Counted from the whole stretch's first letter, positions 30,490-42,075 are shown. The stretch is 62,708 bases of DNA, filler included, from 4 parts of 4 records of this genome joined end to end with filler, not necessarily neighbours in it; one strand, 5' to 3'. A program made the numbers and translations. The notes: generated by a model not told the origin, from the letters alone.

Positions 30490-31320
30490 TCAGTCGAGCA
30501 GCACGACGTCGAAGTGGTCGTGCGTCTGGAATGTACGCCGGAGTGTGTTGTAGGCGTCCTGTTCGGCGTCTGATGCGGAGCTCTCCGAGATGTTGATGGC
30601 GCCATCTCCATCGTCGTCGAGCGCGGCGAAATCGAGCGCGTCGTAGAGCGTGTCTTCTTCGTACCGATCATAGGGGAGGAGCCGAAAACCGAGGCGCTTG
30701 CCTGCGTCCGCTTCGGAGAGCTCCGCCTTGAACGGGATGCCCACGATCTGCCGACCGTCAGGGGCACCGAGCAGGAAGGAGAACGAGATCTCCTCGCCAT
30801 CCTTGCGCGCGACCCCCTCGATAAGCGCGGTCTCGCCAACGAGCGGGTCCTCGTCAGAGAGTCCGCCATCGACAGCCACGCCGCGCTCGAGCGTGAAGTT
30901 CGATGCCTCGTAGCGACCCACCAGCAACGTCGCCTCTCCGAGCGCTTCGTTTGCTTGCGGCCACTTGGCGATGTACGCACCATCGAGCACGCCGGTGACT
31001 TCGCCTCCCTGGTAATGTCCAGGGTGCGCGTGCGCAGGTGTGACGAGCCAGTCGCTTGTTTTCTGTAGCAGCGAGCTCGTGTGCACCTCGCCAGCGATCG
31101 TGAACTGGATGTCTCGGACCACCACGCGTACATTGGTCGTCTCGACCTCCCAGCCAAGATCGGTGGTCACGGGCTCTTCGAGCCCGCTATCATCGAGCTC
31201 TACCGAGAGCTGGATTCGCGGCGTTTCTCGCGCGTCGGTGCAACTGGTCAGCGTTAGCAGCATCCCCATAAGAGGGAGCAGCGTACATCTGAACGGTGTG
31301 TTGTTGGCTCGGGTGAGCAT
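30490..31320 (-). CDS. Lipoprotein with AHAHPGH motif
   Basis: Lipobox LTSC; PAHAHPGHYQGGEVTG; DDDGDG; C-terminal THDHF. Confidence 0.8.
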   Translation of the reverse strand: MLTRANNTPFRCTLLPLMGMLLTLTSCTDARETPRIQLSVELDDSGLEEPVTTDLGWEVETTNVRVVVRDIQFTIAGEVHTSSLLQKTSDWLVTPAHAHPGHYQGGEVTGVLDGAYIAKWPQANEALGEATLLVGRYEASNFTLERGVAVDGGLSDEDPLVGETALIEGVARKDGEEISFSFLLGAPDGRQIVGIPFKAELSEADAGKRLGFRLLPYDRYEEDTLYDALDFAALDDDGDGAINISESSASDAEQDAYNTLRRTFQTHDHFDVVLLD

Positions 31321-31506
31321 CGAGGGCTCCAGGTATCGAAGGACAACGCGCTGTGAACGCGTCGTATGATAATTATAGTTCTTTTACGAGCGACCGATGC
31401 ATTTCGATCATGGGTTTCTTAGCAAAAGGTTCTCTCCGTGGAAACCGTTCACCAGGGGCATACGTATCGATGAAGACAGGGTCGCAATGGGTGCAAGGAG
31501 GCACGT

Positions 31507-32466
31507 GTGAGTAATATTCGAGACTGGACCACGCTACAGCGGTGGCTTTACGCGATCAAACCCGCGAGTTGGCCAAAGCTGCTCGTGCCGATGGTGTTCG
31601 GGCAAGCGCTCGGGATCGCGGTCACGGGGCATATCTCGATGCTCGCGCTCTTGCTCGGGTTTCTCTTCACGCTGTGTGATGGTCTCTTTATCGTGTTGCT
31701 CAACGACTGGGGAGACGAGCACGTCGATCGCATCAAGCGCGAGCTCTTCCCGAACGGTTGCTCTCCGAAGACCATCCCCGATGGCGTGCTCCCTTCACAC
31801 CAGGTGCTCATCGCGGGATTGCTCGCCGGTCTCGGCGCGCTCGTCATCGGCGCGATCGCGACCGTCTCGCTCGGGCTGACTTACGGGTTGCTCGGCGCAG
31901 GTATTTGCCTGGCGATCTTTGTCGCTTACTCACTCCCTCCCTTCGAGCTCAATTATCGCGGCGGCGGCGAGCTGCTGGAGATGCTCGGGGTCGGCGTGGC
32001 GCTGCCGCTGTTCAACGCTTACCTGCAATCCGGGACCCTCTGGGATCCTCGCTACGAGCTGCTCGTGGGCTACGCCTTGCTCTCGATGGCGAGCGCGCTC
32101 GCGAGCGGCCTCTCGGATGAGGTCAGCGATCATCAGGGAGGAAAGAGGACCTTCACCACGATGTTCGGCAATCGCCGCGTGCGCAAGGCGGTCGAGGTGA
32201 CCCTCGGGCTTGGCGGTTTTGCCTGGTGGATCGCGCGCTGGAGGCATGGGGCTGTGATTCCCTGGGTCGCCGTCGCGGGCGCCAACGCCGCGGTGGTTTA
32301 CTACCAGTGGCAACTGCTCGAGATGACGCATCGCGCCAGGACCAACGCGTGGGATGCGCTCGGGCTTTACAAACTCCACCTGCACCGCGGCATCTGGTAC
32401 GCTGGCCTCGTGATGGCATCGGGGCTTTTGCTCCACGCTCTCTGGATTGCAGGAGGCTCCCTGTGA
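31507..32466 (+). CDS. UbiA-family prenyltransferase, MenA-like
   Basis: NDWGD...D, YSLPP...YRGGGE and DEVSD...GKRT motifs; about 9 TM helices. Confidence 0.8.
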   Translation: MSNIRDWTTLQRWLYAIKPASWPKLLVPMVFGQALGIAVTGHISMLALLLGFLFTLCDGLFIVLLNDWGDEHVDRIKRELFPNGCSPKTIPDGVLPSHQVLIAGLLAGLGALVIGAIATVSLGLTYGLLGAGICLAIFVAYSLPPFELNYRGGGELLEMLGVGVALPLFNAYLQSGTLWDPRYELLVGYALLSMASALASGLSDEVSDHQGGKRTFTTMFGNRRVRKAVEVTLGLGGFAWWIARWRHGAVIPWVAVAGANAAVVYYQWQLLEMTHRARTNAWDALGLYKLHLHRGIWYAGLVMASGLLLHALWIAGGSL

Positions 32467-32772
32467 CGCTCTCGGTCATCGATCGCTCGAAAAACAACGG
32501 CTTGAAAGAAGCTCGCTCCATCCTCGGCGCCACCCACGCGGAGCTCTACGCGAGCCACGGCCCGTTCGCCTCGCTCGCTCCTGATCGAGACGAGGCCACG
32601 CCGCTCCACGCGCTGGCCTCGAAGTTGCTCGATGACGCGGACGATGCTGACCTTTGCGTGGCCTTCGGAGAGGGGCTCGCGGCCATCGCGAAGGCTCAGG
32701 TCGAGCACTTCCCCGAGACCCTTTACTGGGACATGGACTTTATGGCGGCGTCCCTGCTCGAGCAGGGACGCC
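32463..32772 (+). CDS. Hypothetical protein (3' truncated), coupled to the prenyltransferase
   Basis: GTGA start/stop overlap, GGAGG upstream, open frame to the contig end. Confidence 0.65.
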
Positions 32773-32872
32773 NNNNNNNNNNNNNNNNNNNNNNNNNNNN
32801 NNNNNNNNNNNNNNNNTTAATTAATTAANNNNNNNNNNNNNNNNNNNNNNNNNNNNNNNNNNNNNNNNNNNN
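32773..32872. other. Artificial contig spacer
   Basis: 44 N + TTAATTAATTAA + 44 N. Confidence 0.99.
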
Positions 32873-34013
<1,141 letters not shown>

Positions 34014-34022
34014 AGAATTCCT

Positions 34023-34096
34023 CGCTTACACGCTGCACGCCTGCACGCACCATGCTGGAGGGCGCGTGCAGGCGTGGTGCGTGCGGCGTGTTAGCG
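34023..34096. repeat. REP-like long imperfect inverted repeat between liuA and liuB
   Basis: CGCTTACACGCTGCACGC pairs with GCGTGCGGCGTGTTAGCG; CACGCCTGCACGC pairs exactly with GCGTGCAGGCGTG. Confidence 0.7.
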
Positions 34097-35254
34097 TGTC
34101 TCGTTAAATAACTCGCGACCGATGAGCATGCGGCGGATTTCGCTGGTACCGGCGCCGATTTCGTAGAGTTTGGCGTCACGCAGCAGGCGACCGGTGGGGT
34201 ACTCGTTGATGTAGCCGTTGCCGCCCAGGGTCTGGATCGCTTCCAGTGCCATTTTGGTGGCGTTCTCGGCGCAGTAGAGAATCACCCCGGCGGCGTCTTT
34301 ACGGTTGGTCTCGCCGCGATCGCAGGCCTTGGCGACGTTGTAGAGGTAACTGCGGCTGGCGTTGAGCATCACGTACATGTCGGCGATCTTGCCTTGCATA
34401 AGCTGGAATTCGCCGATGGCCTTGCCGAACTGCTTACGTTCGTGGACATAGGGGACGACCACATCCATGCAGGCCTGCATGATGCCGGTGGCTCCACCGG
34501 ACAGTACGGTGCGTTCGTAATCCAGTCCGCTCATCAGCACCTTGACGCCTTCACCTACGGTTCCCAACACGTTTTCTTCCGGGACCTGGCAATCTTCGAA
34601 GACCAGTTCACAGGTGTTGGAGCCACGCATGCCGAGCTTGTCGAGTTTCTGGGCCTGGGAAAAACCGGCAAAACCCCGTTCTACGATAAAGGCGGTGATG
34701 CCGCGGGGGCCGGCGCTGGTATCGGTTTTGGCGTAGATCACATAGGTGTGCGCGTCGGGCCCGTTAGTGATCCACATCTTGTTGCCGTTGAGTACATAGT
34801 GGTCACCTTGCTTGTCGGCCCGCAGCCCCATGCTGACCACATCGGAACCGGCACCGGGTTCACTCATGGCGAGGGCGCCGATATGGTCGCCACTGACCAG
34901 TTTGGGCAGGTATTTCTCGCGCTGGGCATCGGTACCGTTGAGGTAGATCTGGTTGACGCACAGGTTGGAGTGGGCGCCGTAGGACAGGCCAATGGACGCA
35001 GAGGCCCGGGAGATCTCTTCCATTACCAGGGTGTGGGCCAGGTAGCCCATGTTGGCGCCGCCATATTCTTCGCTGACGGTGACCCCGAGAACCCCCAAAT
35101 CACCGAGCTTCTTCCACATCTCCAGCGGGAACTGGTTGCTCTGGTCCACTTCGGCGGCGATCGGCGCGATTTCTTTTTGGGCAAAGTGGCGCACGCTGTC
35201 ACGCAGGGCAACCAGGGTTTCGTCCAGGTCGAAGTTAAAGCTGCTGTCAAACAT
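34091..35254 (-). CDS. liuA: Isovaleryl-CoA dehydrogenase
   Basis: [41 protein letters not shown]. Confidence 0.95.
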   Translation of the reverse strand: MFDSSFNFDLDETLVALRDSVRHFAQKEIAPIAAEVDQSNQFPLEMWKKLGDLGVLGVTVSEEYGGANMGYLAHTLVMEEISRASASIGLSYGAHSNLCVNQIYLNGTDAQREKYLPKLVSGDHIGALAMSEPGAGSDVVSMGLRADKQGDHYVLNGNKMWITNGPDAHTYVIYAKTDTSAGPRGITAFIVERGFAGFSQAQKLDKLGMRGSNTCELVFEDCQVPEENVLGTVGEGVKVLMSGLDYERTVLSGGATGIMQACMDVVVPYVHERKQFGKAIGEFQLMQGKIADMYVMLNASRSYLYNVAKACDRGETNRKDAAGVILYCAENATKMALEAIQTLGGNGYINEYPTGRLLRDAKLYEIGAGTSEIRRMLIGRELFNETR

Positions 35255-35645
35255 GGTCGGGTTTCTCCAAAGCGGTAAGGGCGTCTTCGCAGCGCTGGTC
35301 GGCGTCGTCCAGCTCCTGCTGCAGTGCCTGAATATCTCTGAGTTGCTGGTTCAATTGTTCCCGGCGTTGCTGAATCTTGTCTTGCAGGGCCAGTAGCTGA
35401 TTGCGGTTATCGCCGCTGGGTTGATACATCTGAATCAGTTCCCGGGACTCGGCCAGGGAAAAGCCCAGCCGTTTACCGCGCAGAATCAGCTTCAGGGTCA
35501 CCCGGTCCGCAGGGGAGTAGACCCGTGTCTGCCCGCGCCGGGCCGGATTGACCAGATTCTGGTCTTCATAAAAGCGAATCGTACGGGTGGTCACGTCGAA
35601 TTCCCGGGCCAGCTCGCCGATGCTGTAGGTCTGTTTTTTGCTCAT
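35247..35645 (-). CDS. liuR: MerR-family regulator LiuR
   Basis: [34 protein letters not shown]; first gene of the liu operon. Confidence 0.92.
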   Translation of the reverse strand: MSKKQTYSIGELAREFDVTTRTIRFYEDQNLVNPARRGQTRVYSPADRVTLKLILRGKRLGFSLAESRELIQMYQPSGDNRNQLLALQDKIQQRREQLNQQLRDIQALQQELDDADQRCEDALTALEKPDHV

Positions 35646-35664
35646 GGCGAAATCCTAGGGGAAG

Positions 35665-35680
35665 TTTACGTTAACGTAAA
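35665..35680. promoter_or_regulatory. LiuR operator
   Basis: Perfect palindrome TTTACGTTAACGTAAA 20 nt upstream of liuR, fitting the TTTACGTwwACGTAAA-type LiuR motif. Confidence 0.85.
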
Positions 35681-35768
35681 GTATGCGTTTTGGCCTTTTT
35701 GGTGCGTGACACCATGTTTACCGGTGCCTAGACTCCGGACTCAATGTCAGGGGACGGTGGGAATAACA

Positions 35769-38072
35769 ATGAAAGAGACGTGGAGTCGCTGGGTGGTGGC
35801 GCACCCGGTGTGGGTGCTGTTTATCTGTATTGCGCTGTGTGCCGCCATGGCCGCCGGCCTGCAGAATTTCCGCAACAATAATGATCCGCGTATTTTCTTC
35901 ACTCAGGAAAACCCGGATTTCAAACGGTTCGTGGCGCTGGAAGACAGCTTTACCGCTAATGAGGTGGTGCTGTTCGTGGTGCACCCGAAAAGCGATCAGG
36001 TGTTTGAAGCGCAAACCCTGGAAGCGATCGAGTCTCTTACCGACGACGCCTGGACGCTGCCTAACTCCACCCGTGTGGATTCCCTGACCAATTTTCAGCA
36101 TACCGAGGTCGAAGGCGACGAGCTGTATGTGGCACCGCTGGTGGAAGATGCTGAGCAAATGGCACCGGCCGCCATTGCTTACGCCCGTGATGTCGCCTTG
36201 AAAGAGCCGGCACTGGTCGGGCGGCTGGTCTCTGACCGGGGGCATGTGGCCGGTGTTGTCGCCACGGTGACCATGGATGAGGGCAATACCGAAGCCCCGG
36301 TGATTACCGCCGCCGCCCGCGATATGGCGCAGGCCTACCGGGAGCGGTATCCGGATATCGAGTTTATGGTCACAGGCACGGTGGTATTTTCCCAGGCCTC
36401 CGCTGACGCCACCGAGCAATCCATGGCCACCACCTTGCCGCTGGCCTTTGTGGTGATGCTGCTATGCCTGTGGCTGATTTTGCGCAGTGGCATGTTTGTG
36501 GTGGTGACGGTGATGGTGATCGGTTTTTCCATCGCCTCTGCCATGGGGGTGGCCATGTGGCTGGGGATCGAGTTTTCCCCCATCGTCGGCATGGCCCCGG
36601 CCATGATTCTGACTCTGGCCGTAGCGGATTCCGTACACATCCTCGCCAGTTATCGACACGAATGCCTGGAAGGCAAAGCACGGGCGGCGGCCATGCTGGA
36701 AAGCCTGCGCATCAATATGCAGCCGGTCTGGTTGACCAGTTTTACCACGGCCATTGGCTTCGCCATCCTCAATTTCTCCGAATCTCAACCGTTCCGTGCG
36801 CTGGGCAATGTGGTGCTGATCGGGGTGCTGCTGGCGTTTGTGTTCTCGGTGATTTTGTTGCCGGCGCTGGTGATGCTGTTGCCGCACCGTATCGAACCCG
36901 GCAAGCAGCGGGATTTTGCGCCCCTGATGGGCGCTCTGGCCGGGCATCTGAGCCGCCGCTTCAAACCCTGGCTGCTGGGCATGTCGGTGGTGGTCGTGGT
37001 GCTGACCGCCTGTATCGGGCTTAACCGCATCAATGATGTGTTCAACGAATACTTCGATGAGACGTTTGAAGTGCGGCGGGTTAATGATTTCGCCATGAAC
37101 AATCTTACCGGCATGCACCGTATTGATTACGCCGTGCATTCCGGCGAGTCCGGCGGAGCCATGGAGCCTGCCTATCTCCAGCACATTGATGATTTGACCG
37201 TGTGGCTGGAGCAGCAGGATGAGGTGGTGTACGCCACCGCCTATACGGATGTGATCAAACGACTCAACCGGGACATGCACGGTGGTGACCCGGCCTGGTA
37301 CCGGATTCCTGAATCCCGGGAGCTGATTTCCCAGTACACCTTGCTGTATGAGCTGTCGCTGCCCCAGGGGCTGGGGCTGGAAGACCAGCTGGATATCGAC
37401 AAGGAGCAGGCCAGGGTGATTGTGATGCTGGAGAATATCGGCTCGCGCCCGGTGCTGGAATTCAATGACCGGGTAGAAGCCTGGATGCAGGACAACTGGC
37501 CGCAAACCATGCAAACCAAAGGCACGGGCATGGATATCCTGTTCGGCCGGGTCACCATGCGCAATATCCAGAGCATGCTGAGCGGTGCGTTGATTGCGCT
37601 GATCAGCGTGTCGGTGTTGCTGGTTATTGCGTTGCGTTCGGTGCGCTATGGCATCTTGTCCCTGTTGCCGAATCTGTTGCCCGCGGCCATGGCCTTCGGC
37701 CTGTGGGGGTTGGTGAACGGGGAGATCGGCCTGGCGGTATCGGTGGTGGCCTGTATGACGTTGGGGATCGTGGTGGATGACACGGTGCACTTCCTGAGCA
37801 AGTACGTGCGGGCCAAACGCGAATTGGGGCTCAAAACCGAACAAGCGGTGGAGTACGCATTCCGTACTGTCGGTGTGGCGCTGGTGGCCACATCGGTGGT
37901 GCTGGTGGCGAACTTTGCGGTTATCGGGACCAGCCATTTTTACCCCAATTCCAGCATGGGGCAGTTGTCTGCGATCACCATCGCCATGGCACTGATTGTG
38001 GATTTCTTCTTTTTCGTGCCACTACTGGTCGCGCTGGACCGTCGCAAGCGGACTGGAGGCAGCGTGCAATAG
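35769..38072 (+). CDS. MMPL/RND-family transporter
   Basis: Two-fold repeat architecture; AVADSVH and GIVVDDTVHF motifs; likely start MKETWS. Confidence 0.9.
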   Translation: MKETWSRWVVAHPVWVLFICIALCAAMAAGLQNFRNNNDPRIFFTQENPDFKRFVALEDSFTANEVVLFVVHPKSDQVFEAQTLEAIESLTDDAWTLPNSTRVDSLTNFQHTEVEGDELYVAPLVEDAEQMAPAAIAYARDVALKEPALVGRLVSDRGHVAGVVATVTMDEGNTEAPVITAAARDMAQAYRERYPDIEFMVTGTVVFSQASADATEQSMATTLPLAFVVMLLCLWLILRSGMFVVVTVMVIGFSIASAMGVAMWLGIEFSPIVGMAPAMILTLAVADSVHILASYRHECLEGKARAAAMLESLRINMQPVWLTSFTTAIGFAILNFSESQPFRALGNVVLIGVLLAFVFSVILLPALVMLLPHRIEPGKQRDFAPLMGALAGHLSRRFKPWLLGMSVVVVVLTACIGLNRINDVFNEYFDETFEVRRVNDFAMNNLTGMHRIDYAVHSGESGGAMEPAYLQHIDDLTVWLEQQDEVVYATAYTDVIKRLNRDMHGGDPAWYRIPESRELISQYTLLYELSLPQGLGLEDQLDIDKEQARVIVMLENIGSRPVLEFNDRVEAWMQDNWPQTMQTKGTGMDILFGRVTMRNIQSMLSGALIALISVSVLLVIALRSVRYGILSLLPNLLPAAMAFGLWGLVNGEIGLAVSVVACMTLGIVVDDTVHFLSKYVRAKRELGLKTEQAVEYAFRTVGVALVATSVVLVANFAVIGTSHFYPNSSMGQLSAITIAMALIVDFFFFVPLLVALDRRKRTGGSVQ

Positions 38073-38148
38073 GCTCTAGCCAGTCTGATGAGGCGGTGTT
38101 AACGTAGCGCGAAACCGGTGAAATCCAGTTTCTGCGGAACAAAATACA

Positions 38149-40356
38149 GTGCCATACAAGAAAGATCGAAAGGTTCTTAAACGCGTAGATTACGGGGCCG
38201 CCAAGAACTCCTTGATGGGAGTCCTGGCGGCCCTTCTGGTTTATGCGCTTGTCTTTGCCTGGGGTCAGGTCTATCAGAGCTTCGAGCTGGAAGCGCTGAT
38301 AGGCGGTGGCGCCGTCCTGTTGGTTACCGCCTATCGGCTGTGGCTGGTGGCGCGTTTCGATGCCCTCTATGGGGCTGGCCCGGCGCGCTGGCGGCGTCTG
38401 TTCGGGGTGGGGTTGGCATTGCATGCCTTGTTATGGGGGCTGCTGCCAGCCTGGTTAATCTGGCGGCTGGGCACCGGCTTCAATTTCTTCGTGGTGATTC
38501 TTTATAACGTGGGCGTGACCACGGCCCTGGGCAGCTCCTGGATGGCCGGGCTGCGGGTTCGGCAGGCTTATATCGTGTTGATGTTCCTGCCGACGCTGGC
38601 GGTTTTATTGTTTGCTGGTAGCTTGCATGACTGGGTGTTGGCGGCCCTGATTGGCTCGTACGCGTTCTATTTGTTCCGGCTTTATCGAGGGCAATACGAA
38701 ACGTTCTGGCATGCAATGACGCGCGAGCGTCGAGGACCGCTGGATCGTAAACAGCCGGTGCGCAGCAGTACCGAAGTCCAGCTCAGCCTGGTCTATCGTT
38801 TGGCCCATGAACTGCGCACGCCAATGAATTCCCTGATGGGGATGATGTCGTTGCTGGAAGACACCCGCCTTAACGATGAACAGAAAGACTACCTGCAGGT
38901 GGCAGGGCAGAGTGGCAAGTTGTTGCTCACCTTGATTGATGACGTGCTGGATTATTCCCGCATCCTTTCCCGACGCATTACCCTCAATTCGGATTATTTC
39001 GATTTCCGCGCGGCGATTGAGCAATCGCTGGAAGCTTTTGGCCCCATGGCGCAGTCATCCGGACTGGAGCTGAGCTGCGTGATCGACCGCATGCTGCCCA
39101 AGCGCATCCGCGGCGATCGCGAGCGCCTGATGCAGGTGCTCAATAATCTGTTCAGCAACGCTATCAAATTCAGTGAGCGGGGCGAAATTCGCCTGGACGT
39201 GGATTTCACCGTGGAAGGGGAAAGTGGTGGCGTGTTACGCGTGCGGGTGAGCGATCAGGGGGCAGGCATGGATCCGGAAACCCTGCGTCATCTGTTCCAG
39301 GATCGCTTTATCGAAGATGGCCAGGACGTGTACAGCAGCCACCACACCGGCTTCGGGCTGCTGGTCTGCAAGGGCCTGATTGATGCCATGGGCGGTGCCC
39401 TCGGGGCGGAAAGTGTCCCGGGTGAGGGCTCTACCTTCTGGTTCACGGTTCCGGTGCAGATGCAGCCGGACATGCGTGAAGCGCAGAGCCTGATACGGGC
39501 ACTGGATGGTGCCCAGGCGGTGGTTGTCGGGGCTGCCTCAGGTACCGTTGCCAGCATTCAGGAAGAGCTGGAAGCGCTGGATTGCCAGGCATCGTCCGCC
39601 AAGGGCTACGATCACGCCTTGCAGGCACTACGCGCTGGCCATCGCGAGCAAAGTGATTTCGATGTGTTGTTTGTGGATACCTGGTCGCGGCCCGAGTTGG
39701 CATTGAATCTGTGTCGCAATGTGCTCGAAGACCCCTCGCTGCGACCGGTGCGCCTGGTATTGCTGGCGACTATTGAAGAGCGCAGCCATGCGGCGGTGCA
39801 ACAGCTTATCGATAAACATGATCTGGTGGTGCTGGTACGCCCGGTTCACCGCACCGTGTTGCGCCAGGGGCTGGCGCGGCTGGTGGGTTTGCAACGGCAA
39901 ATGCCGGTGGGGGATGCGCCACTGCAGACACCGGAAGAGCGCCAGCGGCGCAAACGTTTCCGGCTGATGCTGGTGGAAGACAACGAAGTGAACCAGCTGG
40001 TAACCCGGGGCATGCTAAGCAAGCTGGGTTTTCAGGTGAAAACCGTCAGTAACGGGGAAACCGCGCTGGCGTTGCTGGAACAGGAACCGTTCGATCTGGT
40101 GTTGATGGATTGCATGATGCCGGAAATGGACGGTTTTGAAGTGACCCGGCGCTTGCGTGAAATTGAGCAGAACAAGGCGAGTCTGCGCACACCGGTTGTG
40201 GCGGTGACGGCCAATACGGCGGAAGGGGTTCAGGCCCGTTGTCTGGCTGCGGGCATGGATGATTTTCTTGCCAAGCCGGTGCATCTGGATGCGCTGGAAA
40301 CGGTGTTACGACGCTGGCTGCCAGAGCAGCCAGCTAAAGACGAGGAAGAACAATGA
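38149..40356 (+). CDS. Hybrid sensor histidine kinase/response regulator
   Basis: TM N-terminus, H-box AHELRTPMN, N-box NNLFSNAIKF, degenerate receiver, then canonical receiver (VEDN, LMDCMMP, AKPV). Confidence 0.92.
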   Translation: MPYKKDRKVLKRVDYGAAKNSLMGVLAALLVYALVFAWGQVYQSFELEALIGGGAVLLVTAYRLWLVARFDALYGAGPARWRRLFGVGLALHALLWGLLPAWLIWRLGTGFNFFVVILYNVGVTTALGSSWMAGLRVRQAYIVLMFLPTLAVLLFAGSLHDWVLAALIGSYAFYLFRLYRGQYETFWHAMTRERRGPLDRKQPVRSSTEVQLSLVYRLAHELRTPMNSLMGMMSLLEDTRLNDEQKDYLQVAGQSGKLLLTLIDDVLDYSRILSRRITLNSDYFDFRAAIEQSLEAFGPMAQSSGLELSCVIDRMLPKRIRGDRERLMQVLNNLFSNAIKFSERGEIRLDVDFTVEGESGGVLRVRVSDQGAGMDPETLRHLFQDRFIEDGQDVYSSHHTGFGLLVCKGLIDAMGGALGAESVPGEGSTFWFTVPVQMQPDMREAQSLIRALDGAQAVVVGAASGTVASIQEELEALDCQASSAKGYDHALQALRAGHREQSDFDVLFVDTWSRPELALNLCRNVLEDPSLRPVRLVLLATIEERSHAAVQQLIDKHDLVVLVRPVHRTVLRQGLARLVGLQRQMPVGDAPLQTPEERQRRKRFRLMLVEDNEVNQLVTRGMLSKLGFQVKTVSNGETALALLEQEPFDLVLMDCMMPEMDGFEVTRRLREIEQNKASLRTPVVAVTANTAEGVQARCLAAGMDDFLAKPVHLDALETVLRRWLPEQPAKDEEEQ

Positions 40357-41045
40357 CAAGAAAAGCCTTGCTGCTGGGGGCAACCGGGCTGGTCGGTCGT
40401 GATTGCCTGGAAAACCTGTTGGCCAGTGATGATTACGAACGGGTATGCGTTTTGACACGCCGACCGTTATCCGTGGAGCACCCCAAGCTGGATGTGCATG
40501 AGGTGGATTTCGATAATATCGAAGCCTGTCAGTCGCAGTTTCAGGTGGACGATGTATTTTGCTGTTTAGGCAGCACCATGAAGAAGGCCGGTTCCCGGCA
40601 GGCGTTCCGTCATGTGGACCACGATCTGGTGGTACTGGCGGGTAACATGGCCCGTCGTGCTGGCGTGCAACGATTTCTAGTGGTGTCGGCAGTGAATGCC
40701 AAAGCCCGCTCGCCGTTTTTTTATTCGCGAGTAAAAGGGCAAATGGAGCGTGCGCTCATGAAGCTCGAATTGCCTTTGTTGGCCATTTTGCAGCCATCGT
40801 TGCTGCGCGGCGCACGTGAAGACAAGCGCCCGGCTGAAGACTTGGGCAACATCGTCAACCGCATTGTAGAGCCCCTGACACGCTGGACCGACGCCCACTG
40901 GTTGCCCGTGGATAGCCGCAAGGTAGCGGATGCCATGGTAGGCATGGCATTGGTCGGCCCGGATACAGGGTTGTACCGGTTGCGTTACCGGGATTTTTTG
41001 GTCTTCGCCGGTAAATTCCGCGAGAAAGTGACCCGAGCCGACTGA
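40353..41045 (+). CDS. NAD(P)-binding oxidoreductase (TIP30/YraR-like)
   Basis: GATGLVG, CCLGST, YSRVKG, PSLL; ATGA overlap with the kinase. Confidence 0.88.
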   Translation: MTRKALLLGATGLVGRDCLENLLASDDYERVCVLTRRPLSVEHPKLDVHEVDFDNIEACQSQFQVDDVFCCLGSTMKKAGSRQAFRHVDHDLVVLAGNMARRAGVQRFLVVSAVNAKARSPFFYSRVKGQMERALMKLELPLLAILQPSLLRGAREDKRPAEDLGNIVNRIVEPLTRWTDAHWLPVDSRKVADAMVGMALVGPDTGLYRLRYRDFLVFAGKFREKVTRAD

Positions 41046-41084
41046 GCTCTGGTCGTAACCTGAAAGAAAACCGAAGGAGTCAGT

Positions 41085-41567
41085 ATGACCTTTGTGACCT
41101 GCGATCTTTGTGATGATAATGCGGACAGTGTCTCCGTGGTAACCGGCCTCAACTGGCTCAGTTACGGTGGCCGTTCTGCCTTTGGCGGTGAAATCGTTAC
41201 GGTGAAATGTTTTGAAGACAATAGCCGTGTCAAAGAACATCTGGGCACCGATGGCAAAGGCAAGGTGCTGGTGGTTGATGGTGGCGGTAGCCTCCGCAAT
41301 GCGTTGATCGGCGACATGATCGCGGAAAACGCGGTGAAAAACGGCTGGGAAGGGGTCATCATTTACGGTGCCTGCCGCGACGTGGATGCGCTGGCGACAC
41401 TGGACATCGGCGTTATCACTCAAGGCTGTGTACCGATTAAGTCCGTTCGCCGCGACGAAGGGCAGCTGAATATCGACATCACCTTTGGTGGTGTGACGTT
41501 CCGCCCGGGCGAATTTGTTTATGCCGATAACAACGGTATTATCACTGCGCCGAAGGCGTTGGTGTAG
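41085..41567 (+). CDS. rraA: RraA family protein
   Basis: [33 protein letters not shown]. Confidence 0.9.
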   Translation: MTFVTCDLCDDNADSVSVVTGLNWLSYGGRSAFGGEIVTVKCFEDNSRVKEHLGTDGKGKVLVVDGGGSLRNALIGDMIAENAVKNGWEGVIIYGACRDVDALATLDIGVITQGCVPIKSVRRDEGQLNIDITFGGVTFRPGEFVYADNNGIITAPKALV

Positions 41568-41664
41568 CCTCAGCTATTAGCGATTCATGTCACGAATCCT
41601 GCTATAAAGAACAGCACACCCCATAGCCGGCATGATGCCGGCTACCACCGCACAGGGAAAAATT

Positions 41665-42075
41665 ATGCTCAAGTCCATGCACGTGGCGGAGTACATGAGC
41701 CGCCGTCTGGTCACCTTTTCCCCCGATATGTCCGTGAGTGAAGCCATTCGTGTATTGCTGGAAAATCAAATTTCCGGTGGCCCGGTGGTGGATGATGCGG
41801 GCCGTGTGGTGGGGGTCTTTTCCGAATCCGATTGCCTCAAGGGAGCGCTGGAAGCAAGCTACCACGGCACCGAAATCGGTTCGGTAAAAGAGTATATGAG
41901 TGTGGATCTGCAGACCGTGGAAGGCTCGGATTCCATTCTCGATGTGGCAGAAATTTTTCTTGCGGATCATCGTCGGCGGTTACCGGTGTTGGACAACGGA
42001 AAATTGGTCGGCCAGATCAGTCGCCGTGATTTGCTGCGCGCCATGGATGACTTTGGTCAACACCATACGCCGTAG
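41665..42075 (+). CDS. CBS-domain protein
   Basis: CBS pair: ISGGPVVD...SESD, RRLPVLD...GQISRRD. Confidence 0.9.
   Translation: MLKSMHVAEYMSRRLVTFSPDMSVSEAIRVLLENQISGGPVVDDAGRVVGVFSESDCLKGALEASYHGTEIGSVKEYMSVDLQTVEGSDSILDVAEIFLADHRRRLPVLDNGKLVGQISRRDLLRAMDDFGQHHTP

Noticed and set aside
30423-31157. N-terminal extension making a 487-aa protein
   Set aside because: Overlaps the upstream lipoprotein in another frame; the signal peptide begins at 30422
35421-35768. N-terminal extension of the MMPL ORF
   Set aside because: Overlaps liuR and its operator; ATG 35769 is the plausible start
36462-37937. 491-aa minus-strand ORF
   Set aside because: Antisense shadow of the MMPL transporter
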